DNA of 38,909 nucleotides, taken from NCBI GenBank assembly GCA_045639985.1, contig JAZUEE010000169.1, forward strand, positions 1-38,909, written 5' to 3'. The notes below the pieces were generated by a model, which saw only the letters and a list, made by a program, of their open reading frames with translations, was not told where the DNA came from and ran no database searches. Both the position numbers and the translations under genes were made by a program. How positions within the stretch are numbered: the stretch's first letter is position 1; the number at the start of each line of letters is the position of its first letter. Below are positions 29,939 through 38,862 of the stretch, one piece after another. This DNA comes from Bacteroidales bacterium (GTDB taxonomy: Bacteria > Bacteroidota > Bacteroidia > Bacteroidales > WCHB1-69).

Positions 29939-31216
29939 ATGAAAGAAACTAAAATTTGTGTAATAGGACTTGGATACGTAGGTTTGCCATTGGCACGCCT
30001 ATTTTCCACCAAATATCCGACCATTGGTTTTGATATGAATCAATCCCGCGTGGATGCCTTGATGACGGGCCACGATGCCACATTGGAAGTGTCGGATGAA
30101 CTCTTGCAAGAAGCCATCAACGTACACGGGTTCAAATGTACCACCAACTTGGATGAGGTGCGTGACTGCAATTTTTACGTAGTAGCCGTGCCTACACCAG
30201 TAGATGAAAACAACCGCCCAGACTTGAAGCCACTTTGGGGCGCCAGCGAAACCGTAGGCAAGGTCATCTCCAAAGGCGATGTTGTAGTGTATGAATCCAC
30301 AGTCTATCCCGGTGTTACGGAAGAAGAGTGCCTACCCGTCGTGGAGCGTGTCAGCGGATTGAAATTCAACGTCGATTTCTATGCCGGTTACAGTCCGGAA
30401 CGTATCAACCCCGGAGACAAAACACATACGGTTGAGAAAATCAAAAAGGTAACTTCCGGTTCCACTCCCGAAATCGCGGATTACGTAGATGGCGTATATA
30501 ATTCCGTGCTCGTAAACGGCACGCACAAGGCACCGAGCATTAAAGTGGCAGAGGCCTCCAAGATTATCGAAAACTCCCAACGCGACGTGAATATCGCCTT
30601 TATGAACGAGTTGGCCAAGATTTTCAATGCTATGGGTATTGATACTCACGACGTTATCGAAGCCGCTTCCAGCAAATGGAACTTCATCAAGCTGAGCCCT
30701 GGTCTTGTAGGCGGCCACTGCATCAGTGTGGACCCGTATTATCTGATTCAAAAAGCGCAAGTCTATGGCGTACTGCCCCGCGTGATGAGCAATGCCCGCC
30801 GCCTCAATGACGGGATGGGCGCGTACGTTGCCAACCAGACAATCAAGTGCATGAACAAAAAAGGATTGGTCGTGAAAGATGCCAAAATCCTCATCCTCGG
30901 TATCACATTCAAGGAGAACTGCCCGGACATTCGCAATACAAAGATTGTGGATATCTATCATACGTTAACCGAATATACCAACAACATCACCATTTATGAC
31001 CCGTGGGCCAATGCCGCGCACGTGCGCCACGAATATGATGTGGATGTCGTCAATGATGTGGATATTGTCAAAAAAGTACAGTATGACGCAGTGATTTTGG
31101 CCGTCGCACACAAAGAATTTTTGAATATGGATGTCCAATCGTTGGTGAAACCCGATGGCGTGATTTACGATGTCAAGGGCATCCTTCCAAGAGACATCGT
31201 GGATGGTCGGCTTTAA
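29939..31216 (+). CDS. UDP-N-acetylhexosamine 6-dehydrogenase (TviB/WbpO-like)
   Basis: GLGYVGLP, ESTVYPG, YSPERINPGD, IENSQRDVNIA, PGLVGGHCISVDPYY, TFKENCPDIRN. Confidence 0.9.
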   Translation: MKETKICVIGLGYVGLPLARLFSTKYPTIGFDMNQSRVDALMTGHDATLEVSDELLQEAINVHGFKCTTNLDEVRDCNFYVVAVPTPVDENNRPDLKPLWGASETVGKVISKGDVVVYESTVYPGVTEEECLPVVERVSGLKFNVDFYAGYSPERINPGDKTHTVEKIKKVTSGSTPEIADYVDGVYNSVLVNGTHKAPSIKVAEASKIIENSQRDVNIAFMNELAKIFNAMGIDTHDVIEAASSKWNFIKLSPGLVGGHCISVDPYYLIQKAQVYGVLPRVMSNARRLNDGMGAYVANQTIKCMNKKGLVVKDAKILILGITFKENCPDIRNTKIVDIYHTLTEYTNNITIYDPWANAAHVRHEYDVDVVNDVDIVKKVQYDAVILAVAHKEFLNMDVQSLVKPDGVIYDVKGILPRDIVDGRL

Positions 31217-31307
31217 TGGTTTAATTGGTTGTGCAACATTCGGCATCAACAACTAGTATTTTTTAGTATCAATCGTTTTTAGGAACCTATATAATATTGT
31301 ATAGATT

Positions 31308-32759
31308 GTGAAAAGACTTTTTATTGTAGCATTAATGCTTATGGCAACAAGTTTGATTAAGGGACAGAACTATATGGTGTCTCCTTGTATGTATGGCTTG
31401 GAAGAAGCCAAAACAGACATTGAGCGCTTTTATGCTTTGTATAACACTCATGTAGAAGCTGTTAAATATGGCGTAGAGGTTGACTACGATGGTGTCAAGG
31501 AAATAAATATTGAAATTCCTGCTGATGCTAAAACCATTCCGCTGACTTCATACAACATTTTCAATGATCTTGTTATCAATGTTAAGAACAACAAAAAAAA
31601 CTTCTATCTGTTCTCCTTGACTCAACCCACAGACAGTGTTTTTGTCCCCAAAAAGACGATTGATGACGGGGATTTTACCAATGTAAAAGGTCTTCGCACA
31701 GGGCAACATCTTGTGATATTACAGGATGATCGTCTTTGGGTAGATAAACGGCAAGGGCACGAATATGGCCATACGCGCAAGGATTTACTTTATGTTGTGG
31801 ATGGTATCGCGGTTAACAAACCTATCATGCCCTACAACACCAAAGAGACGAAACCCAACGTGCGTATATGCCCTGTCACTGAGGACGTAAAAGTTATTTC
31901 TGGAATAACCATCAATCGTGTCAAAGGTTCCAAATACAAAACCTATTGTTTTGATATTCAAAATCAATACAACGTAGAGTTATGTGATGTAGTCATCAAC
32001 ACGCCGGAAAGCAATTTGACAGCAGATGCCGCTATCCGCATCAACAATTGTGCAAAAGTACAGGTTGATCATGTGAAAATAAACGGAACTTACTCAAGAA
32101 CAGATTACTACGGTTACGGAATTTCAATGAACAACGTATGGAAATCCGAAATTCTGTACCTCAATTCTCGTTCCAATTGGGGTATTTTCGGCACAAACAA
32201 TATTAACGAAGTACTTCTTGACCATTGCGATATAAATCGTTATGACATACACTGTTACGGCAAAGATGTAACCATTCAGAATTGCAAATTCAGCAATCTC
32301 TACAACCAGTTTTCCTCTGTTTATGGCACCGTACTTTTCGACAAATGTGTCTTTAGCAACCACGTGCCTGTGTTGTTGGAATCTAGTTATAATGCCTATA
32401 CTGGTTTTGAACTGAAATTCAACGATTGCGTCTTCAATATCAATAGCAAATGCAACTATTTGGTTGATGCAAGATATCTGACCGATATTCGTAATTCCCG
32501 CCCTGAAGTGGAGCAAAAGAATCTGCCTAATATTACTCTGACAAAGTCCACCATTAATCTGATAGAACCGGTGAAAAGATATTATATGTTCCGTTTCGGC
32601 AGCATCTCCTATACCGGAGATGTCGGATATATCAACTCTATAGACATTAAGGACTTAAAAGTGAACGGAGGAAAACTTCAGATGAAAGTCTCAAACATGG
32701 ATTTTCCGCACAAAAAAACACTAAAGTTTCCTTTGTATAACCAAGTGTTAGGTTTATAA
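31308..32759 (+). CDS. Exported protein with probable right-handed parallel beta-helix (pectin-lyase-like) region
   Basis: GTG start and signal peptide; repeated beta-coil units with Asn/Cys ladders (IRINNC, YGISMNN, LDHCDINR, IQNCKF, FDKCVF, FNDCVF). Confidence 0.55.
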   Translation: MKRLFIVALMLMATSLIKGQNYMVSPCMYGLEEAKTDIERFYALYNTHVEAVKYGVEVDYDGVKEINIEIPADAKTIPLTSYNIFNDLVINVKNNKKNFYLFSLTQPTDSVFVPKKTIDDGDFTNVKGLRTGQHLVILQDDRLWVDKRQGHEYGHTRKDLLYVVDGIAVNKPIMPYNTKETKPNVRICPVTEDVKVISGITINRVKGSKYKTYCFDIQNQYNVELCDVVINTPESNLTADAAIRINNCAKVQVDHVKINGTYSRTDYYGYGISMNNVWKSEILYLNSRSNWGIFGTNNINEVLLDHCDINRYDIHCYGKDVTIQNCKFSNLYNQFSSVYGTVLFDKCVFSNHVPVLLESSYNAYTGFELKFNDCVFNINSKCNYLVDARYLTDIRNSRPEVEQKNLPNITLTKSTINLIEPVKRYYMFRFGSISYTGDVGYINSIDIKDLKVNGGKLQMKVSNMDFPHKKTLKFPLYNQVLGL

Positions 32760-32792
32760 TAACTCTTGAAAAGAAATTATAATGTAATAAAC

Positions 32793-33332
32793 ATGCTTAA
32801 GAAAAGTGTATTTATTGTTTTGATGCTTCTTTGTACGGTGTTGGCTAATGCCCAAGGAAAACACTTTTTCACATTCGGATATGGATATTCGCCAGAAGTG
32901 AAACCTTATCTTACTAATGAATTTTCTAATGGCGTCGGACCTTTCTTTGGAGGATATTCATACAATGTCACTTCATGGTTAGAAGTGGGCGCGACATTAG
33001 GATATACACATGTGAATATGCCCGAAAACCCCGCATATTTGAGCGCTATACGATTGCAGGTAAAAAAATACAACAACATAATGTTGCTGGGTATGATAGA
33101 CTTCGTATGGTACCAAAAGCCTTATGTGAAGATGTACAGCGGTCTTGGAGCTGGAATAGACTGCCGAATTCAGTCAGGAGAACGAGGTTTTTACTCCAGT
33201 TGCTACTTTGCCTCACAAATTACGGTATTCGGAATCTCGGCAGGCAAACAAGTATATGGCAATCTGGAATTTGGATACGGAAACTTAGGTATGATCAGAC
33301 TTGGAATTGGGTATAAACTACAAAAAAAGTAA
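32793..33332 (+). CDS. Small outer-membrane beta-barrel protein
   Basis: Signal peptide ending ANA-Q; about 8 amphipathic strands; YSGLGAG, LEFGYGNLG, RLGIGYKL. ATG 32793 preferred. Confidence 0.7.
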   Translation: MLKKSVFIVLMLLCTVLANAQGKHFFTFGYGYSPEVKPYLTNEFSNGVGPFFGGYSYNVTSWLEVGATLGYTHVNMPENPAYLSAIRLQVKKYNNIMLLGMIDFVWYQKPYVKMYSGLGAGIDCRIQSGERGFYSSCYFASQITVFGISAGKQVYGNLEFGYGNLGMIRLGIGYKLQKK

Positions 33333-33343
33333 TCGTAACACGT

Positions 33344-34054
33344 ATGAAACGCATAATATTGATTCTCCTTATGACAATGCTTTGTCTTACTTCATGCTCG
33401 AAGAAAGATGATAACAATTCGGTGTCTAACGGACTATTGCAGACACTACAAGACGAGAACCCCACCCTATCAATCAGTTATTTGTACGAAGGAGTGGTGG
33501 AATTTATGCCTGAGAAACCAAAGGCTGGCATTGCCTTCTACCCTGGAGGGAATATTGAATATACGGCATACGCGCCACTTATGGTCGAACTGGCAAAGCG
33601 GAGATATTTGTGTCTGCTGATGCGAATGCCTGAAAACTTTGCCCTATTAGACACAAAAGCAGGAGTGAAACTGCGGAAGCAATATAAAGAAATCCCCCAT
33701 TTCTATCTTGCCGGACACTCTTTGGGTGGAATATCGGCTGCTATGGCACTATCCTCAAACCTCAATAACTTTGAAGGGCTGATACTTCTTGCGGCATATT
33801 CGACCAAAGACTTATCCGAAAGTGGGAAGACAGTCCTCTCTATCTACGGAAGCGAAGACGGAGTGATGAAACTCGAAAATTACAACAAATACAAAAGCAA
33901 CCTCCCTGAAAATTTGCACGAATTGATCATCAATGGAGGTAATCATTCTGGTTTCGGATACAATGTACTCCAAACTGGAGACAACAATCCCACGATCACA
34001 ACAGCGGAACAGATTACCCAAACAGCCGACTTTATTGATTTATATGCAAAATAA
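33344..34054 (+). CDS. Alpha/beta-hydrolase (esterase-like) lipoprotein
   Basis: Lipobox LTSC; FYPGG, GHSLG nucleophile elbow, GSEDG (Asp), GGNHSGF (His). Confidence 0.8.
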   Translation: MKRIILILLMTMLCLTSCSKKDDNNSVSNGLLQTLQDENPTLSISYLYEGVVEFMPEKPKAGIAFYPGGNIEYTAYAPLMVELAKRRYLCLLMRMPENFALLDTKAGVKLRKQYKEIPHFYLAGHSLGGISAAMALSSNLNNFEGLILLAAYSTKDLSESGKTVLSIYGSEDGVMKLENYNKYKSNLPENLHELIINGGNHSGFGYNVLQTGDNNPTITTAEQITQTADFIDLYAK

Positions 34055-34167
34055 TTTTATTCAAATTTCGCAAATTGATTTCATCCGATATCTTGTTGAT
34101 CCTCTAAATTGTCAATTTTCACAAGTTACTTTGAATCAGCGATATCTTTTTACGCATATTTAAAATT

Positions 34168-35637
34168 ATGACAACACCTACTTTTTACGACATTTTCAAA
34201 CAATTGAACAATACGCCGCGCCCATCCCATCATGAAGAACGCGTGGCTGACTTTCTCTGTGATTTTGCAAAACAACACGGCCTTCGCTATCGTCGTGACG
34301 CACAAAACTGCGTGGTGATTGAAAAGGACGCAACTCCTGGTCACGAAAACGCCGAACCTGTAGTCATTCTCAATCACATGGACATGGTATGCGTAGCCCA
34401 GGACGGTTATCTACGCGACGGACATCCGTTTGACCCATTGAACGACGAGATTCGTGCCTACACAGAAACTGCCAAGAATCCTGATGGCAGCGAGACCCGT
34501 TGGATGAAGGCCGAAGGCACCTCTTTGGGCGCTGATAACGGTCTGGGGCTCTCTATGGCGCTCGCCATTTTGGCGGACGACACCTTAGTGCACGGTCCAT
34601 TGGAAGTACTGACTACCACCAACGAAGAAGATGGAATGAGCGGCGCGGAGGCTCTCGCCTCTGATTTTATTCACGGTCGCAAGGTCATCAACTTGGACTC
34701 TGAGGCGTATGACGAAATTACGATGGGAGCCGCCGGTGCCTACCTGCAGATTGCCCATTTCAAAGCCGACTGGGCAAACGTTCCTGACGGCTACAATTCC
34801 CATCGCATAGTCATTGATGGTGGTTTAGGCGGCCATTCCGGGGTCGATATCAACAAGGGACGCTGCCACGCCAACCAGGAAATATGTCGATTTATCCAAA
34901 ATTTCGGCATTGATAAAATGTTGGTCTGCGCCATCAACGGTGGCACAGCCAACGCATCCATATCTTCCGTTGCGGAAGTAATAGTAGCCATTCAGCCCAA
35001 AGACGAAAAAGTACTATCAGAAGCTGTTAATGCGTATAATCATCAATTGAAACAACAATTTGCGGCTACGGATGCGAATATCAGTATGCACTACGAGGAA
35101 ATTGCGCCATGCAAACAGTATTTGCGCAATGCCGCTGACATCGTGCGCGCGTTTTGCGAATTACCCATCGGCATGTTGAAAATGCGCAATGACATGCCAG
35201 GCACGGTAATGACGAGCAACAACGCCGGTCGTATCTGCACGACAGAGGATGAAGTTACGGTTTCTTGCCATTCGCGTAGTTTCAGCAATGAAGAGATGCG
35301 TGCATTGGGGCAAGACATTACCGCCATCTTCCAAAAATACAATGCTGCAAATGTAGAACTATTGATGGACACACCCGCGTGGGTGGAACGTGCCGACTCT
35401 CCGTTAGTGGCGCTCACATGCCAGACATTCCAAGACGTGCTCGGTTTCGAGCCCAAGAAAGTGGCGATGCACTTCGTCTTGGAAGCCGCCTACTACGTGC
35501 AAAAGTATCCCGGTGTGGAGATTGCCTCCATCGGGCCACTCATCATTGAGCCGCACTCTACCTCCGAACGCGTCAACCTTGACACCGCCGACAACATTTG
35601 GAAAGTAACCATAGAATTGCTGAAACGGTTGGCATAA
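34168..35637 (+). CDS. pepD: M20C aminoacyl-histidine dipeptidase (PepD-like)
   Basis: PRPSHHE, HMDMV, LGADNG, EEDGM, INLDSE, GGHSG.DI..GR, PHS..E. Confidence 0.85.
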   Translation: MTTPTFYDIFKQLNNTPRPSHHEERVADFLCDFAKQHGLRYRRDAQNCVVIEKDATPGHENAEPVVILNHMDMVCVAQDGYLRDGHPFDPLNDEIRAYTETAKNPDGSETRWMKAEGTSLGADNGLGLSMALAILADDTLVHGPLEVLTTTNEEDGMSGAEALASDFIHGRKVINLDSEAYDEITMGAAGAYLQIAHFKADWANVPDGYNSHRIVIDGGLGGHSGVDINKGRCHANQEICRFIQNFGIDKMLVCAINGGTANASISSVAEVIVAIQPKDEKVLSEAVNAYNHQLKQQFAATDANISMHYEEIAPCKQYLRNAADIVRAFCELPIGMLKMRNDMPGTVMTSNNAGRICTTEDEVTVSCHSRSFSNEEMRALGQDITAIFQKYNAANVELLMDTPAWVERADSPLVALTCQTFQDVLGFEPKKVAMHFVLEAAYYVQKYPGVEIASIGPLIIEPHSTSERVNLDTADNIWKVTIELLKRLA

Positions 35638-35659
35638 AGGCGAAACCAATATATTCCGC

Positions 35660-35698
35660 ATTGGTGTCCGATAAAACTTTTTTTTTGAGGACACCAAT
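35660..35698. terminator. Hairpin between the convergent pepD and PPTase genes (probable terminator)
   Basis: Perfect 10-bp inverted repeat ATTGGTGTCC (35660-35669) / GGACACCAAT (35689-35698) with a 19-nt A/T-rich loop. Confidence 0.5.
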
Positions 35699-35772
35699 AA
35701 TAGCCAACAGCTGACAAAATCAATGTTTAAATGAGAAAGAATTAGTCATTGTGAAAAAAGCGCCGGCGGAAT

Positions 35773-36369
35773 TTATTTTCCACAACATACCGTGTAGGCA
35801 AACCCCTCGCGTTCACACACAACGGTTTTTAATTTCATTTCCGCGATCCTTTCTTGTAAAAGAAGTTCTGGCAATTGGTCATGGATTCCCTCTCCTGTGA
35901 ATTTCAACACCGATTCCTTCTTCGTCCAAAGGCGGATAAACTCTGCACCAGAATCATGTGCTGATCTAATAAAATCTATTTCCCGTGAGCAACAACATCT
36001 TTTCAGAAGGGCTTCACTGATATCTCGTTCAATGATCTCGATATCGCATCCCACAGGTCCTTCATCATCTATAACACATAAGATTCCTTTATTGCAATGA
36101 CTGAGGTTAAAATGGATGTTCGGATGTTCTTTTAAAATAGGTTTACCGTATTCCAAATAATCAAAGGTGACGGATTCTTTAATATTGAAATCTTGTTCCA
36201 GTCCTTCTTTGAGCATCAAAAAAGCTTTGGCACAGAGTACTTGTCCGAGTAGAAATTTGAATTTTAATGCTTGTTCGCGACGCCATGCCGGCAAAGCGGG
36301 CAATAGGTCCTGATTCAATTGTTCTCGGGTAATATTTTGAGGATTTTTAAACAAATAGATTTTCTGCAT
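35773..36369 (-). CDS. Sfp-type 4'-phosphopantetheinyl transferase
   Basis: YGKP, HFNLSH, VGCDIE, F.RLWTKKES.LK..GEG motifs. Confidence 0.9.
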   Translation of the reverse strand: MQKIYLFKNPQNITREQLNQDLLPALPAWRREQALKFKFLLGQVLCAKAFLMLKEGLEQDFNIKESVTFDYLEYGKPILKEHPNIHFNLSHCNKGILCVIDDEGPVGCDIEIIERDISEALLKRCCCSREIDFIRSAHDSGAEFIRLWTKKESVLKFTGEGIHDQLPELLLQERIAEMKLKTVVCEREGFAYTVCCGK

Positions 36370-36406
36370 GATGCATCTGGTTCAAGAGTCAAAAACAACA
36401 TTCCCC

Positions 36407-37585
36407 TTATTTGGCCAAACCGCCTTGGGAAGTTTCTTTATAGAGGGAGGGCAGGTCGTGGCCGGTGGCTTTCATCACTTGGACCACACGGTCAAAACTG
36501 ATAAGATGTTTGCCGTCAGAAACCAGTGCGAAAGCAGCGGAATCGAGTGCGCGCAGGGAGGCAAAAGCATTACGTTCTATGCAGGGCACCTGGACCAGTC
36601 CGCAAATGGGGTCACAGGTTAGGCCAAGATGGTGTTCCAAGCCCATTTCTGCGGCATATTCCACCTGGGAGGCAGAGCCACCAATCAGCTGGCAATAGGC
36701 ACCGGCAGCCATCGCACAGGCAGAACCGATTTCGCCTTGGCAACCGACCTCAGCACCGCTGATGGAAGCATTATTTTTGATAAGATTGCCGATCAAACCC
36801 GCCGTGGCTAATGCGTGGAGAATTTTTTTCTCATTATGCTCATGAAATTGATTGTAGGAATACAAAACAGAAGGAAGCACTCCACATGAGCCGCACGTGG
36901 GAGCTGTAACAATGGTACCGCCACTGGCATTCTCCTCGCTGGCTGCGAAAGCAAAAACTGCCGGCATATAGCATGCCTTAATGGCTTCGTTCATCGACTG
37001 TATGCGGGAAAACATGTTCGAGGCCTTGCGCGGCAAATGCAATCCTCCCGGCAAAGTGCTTTCATGCTCCAAACCATTCTGAATGCTCTTACTCATAGCA
37101 TCCCACACTTCTTTCAGGTAATCCCAAATATCACTATCTTCACAATCGGCTACGTATTCCCATAATTTTCGGGTTCCGATATGGGCCAAGATATCATTCA
37201 TGGTGGAATACTCATATATTTTCCAACCGTCTGTCCGTTTTCCATCTTCAGATATGTCGCCGCCACCTACACTGAAATATTTCTTGGATAGAATTTCTTG
37301 ACCATTTTCAGAAAACGCCGTAAATTGCATTCCGTTTGGATGTTCAGGAAGAAAGACTTCGGGTTTCCAAACGATATCCAACTTTTTGCCTTCAAACGTA
37401 TTTAGGATGGCTTTATCCGTTAAGTGTCCTTTCCCCGTAGCAGCCAAACTGCCAAAGAGCGTAACTTCATAATAATCAGCATCAGGAATAAGAGCAATAA
37501 ATTTTTCAGCCGCAAAAACAGGGCCCATGGTATGCGAACTGGAGGGCCCGCGCCCTATCTTAAATATATGTTTTATACTCTCCAT
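36407..37585 (-). CDS. sdaA: L-serine ammonia-lyase, single-chain Fe-S type
   Basis: GPSSSHTMGP, SLAATGKGHLTD, TAPTCGSCG, SGAEVGCQGE, HLGLTCDP..GLVQVPCIERN. Confidence 0.93.
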   Translation of the reverse strand: MESIKHIFKIGRGPSSSHTMGPVFAAEKFIALIPDADYYEVTLFGSLAATGKGHLTDKAILNTFEGKKLDIVWKPEVFLPEHPNGMQFTAFSENGQEILSKKYFSVGGGDISEDGKRTDGWKIYEYSTMNDILAHIGTRKLWEYVADCEDSDIWDYLKEVWDAMSKSIQNGLEHESTLPGGLHLPRKASNMFSRIQSMNEAIKACYMPAVFAFAASEENASGGTIVTAPTCGSCGVLPSVLYSYNQFHEHNEKKILHALATAGLIGNLIKNNASISGAEVGCQGEIGSACAMAAGAYCQLIGGSASQVEYAAEMGLEHHLGLTCDPICGLVQVPCIERNAFASLRALDSAAFALVSDGKHLISFDRVVQVMKATGHDLPSLYKETSQGGLAK

Positions 37586-37653
37586 AAAATAAATTTTTAA
37601 TGAGTAATGTCTTTTTGATTAGAATTGGATTTTTATAAGTAGTTCTTTTGTGT

Positions 37654-38862
37654 TTAACTGTTTATTCTAATATACATCATGGTAATATCATCACTTTGTT
37701 CGGCTCCTGCGGTAAAAAGAGCAATTGTCCGCATCATTTCATCAATGAAATCTTGGGAAGAATTTTTGTCCTTCAATGTAGTTATTGCCGACATGACGGC
37801 CTCATTACCCCAAAGTTTGCCGTCTCTATTTTTAGCTTCGGTAACACCATCCGTATAGAGGAAAAATCCGTTGTTATCGTGTAGTTGTAAACTCTTGGTA
37901 TGGTATTTAGACTCAGGGAATACGCCTAAAAGTCTGTCGCTTTCATCGGGGAGCCAGTCGGCACCGGAATCAGAAAGAATGATAGGCAGATTATGACCTG
38001 CGTTGCAGAAAGAGAGGACTCGGCTGTGCAAATCCAAAATACCCATAAACAATGTACAGAACATGCATTGTTCATTGCCGTCAGACATGGTGAGGTTGAT
38101 GCCGTGGACAATTTCCGCCGGATCGTTCAAACGATACGAGAGAGTATGAAATAAGCTTCGTACCTCACTCATAAAGAGTGCAGCGGGCACGCCTTTGCCA
38201 CTTACGTCGCCAATGCAGAAAAACAGTTTGTCATCATGAATGAGAAAGTCGTATAAGTCACCTCCCACTTGTTTTGCGGGATGGAGAACGGCATGAATAT
38301 CTATGGAAAAGTCTCGCAGATTTGGGCATTCTTTTGGCAACATTCCCATTTGTATATTGCTGGCAATCTGCAATTCCTCCTCCATGACCGCACGGCTCTC
38401 CGTAGTTTCTTGATATTGTTTTATATAAGGTCTCGCAATATACCTTATGCAGAATAAAATACTCAAAAGAAGGACGACCATGAGGACAATTCCAATGATG
38501 AGCATTATCAATAACATGGGTTGAGCCCTGCTTAATAATTTCCGAATTGGAAAAGTGAACACCACCGTCCAGCCTAAACGCGGAATTTCTTTTGTGATTA
38601 TCAAATTTTTGCTTCCACTATTGATAAGATTGCTGTCCGGCTCGCAAACATAATTTCCGTCCGCACCTATAATAGTAATATCACAAGCAGAATCAGGTTT
38701 CATTGATGACACCAGTTCACCTATCCAATCCAAGGAGACCTCCGCACCAAGGATAGCATAAACAGGACCATCAGGGGTTTTACGCAAAGGAATGGAATAA
38801 TTGACAAGGGAATGATACCCTTTAACATCGTAAGGAGTGGACCACTTAGGAGAATTAATCAT
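37654..38862 (-). CDS. SpoIIE/PP2C (RsbU-like) phosphatase with Cache-type sensor remnant and one TM helix; N-terminus missing (in-frame TGA at 38878-38880, window edge)
   Basis: EELQIASNIQ, VGGDLYD, IGDVSGKGVPAALFM, MFCT, NAGHN, YTDGVTEA, DDIT; begins mid-Cache domain at WSTPYD. Confidence 0.85.
   Translation of the reverse strand: MINSPKWSTPYDVKGYHSLVNYSIPLRKTPDGPVYAILGAEVSLDWIGELVSSMKPDSACDITIIGADGNYVCEPDSNLINSGSKNLIITKEIPRLGWTVVFTFPIRKLLSRAQPMLLIMLIIGIVLMVVLLLSILFCIRYIARPYIKQYQETTESRAVMEEELQIASNIQMGMLPKECPNLRDFSIDIHAVLHPAKQVGGDLYDFLIHDDKLFFCIGDVSGKGVPAALFMSEVRSLFHTLSYRLNDPAEIVHGINLTMSDGNEQCMFCTLFMGILDLHSRVLSFCNAGHNLPIILSDSGADWLPDESDRLLGVFPESKYHTKSLQLHDNNGFFLYTDGVTEAKNRDGKLWGNEAVMSAITTLKDKNSSQDFIDEMMRTIALFTAGAEQSDDITMMYIRINS

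Noticed and set aside
36407-37585. Serine dehydratase as a dedicated pyruvate supplier for the opine dehydrogenase
   Set aside because: Opposite strand, separate unit about 12 kb away, and a common housekeeping enzyme; no evidence of linkage.
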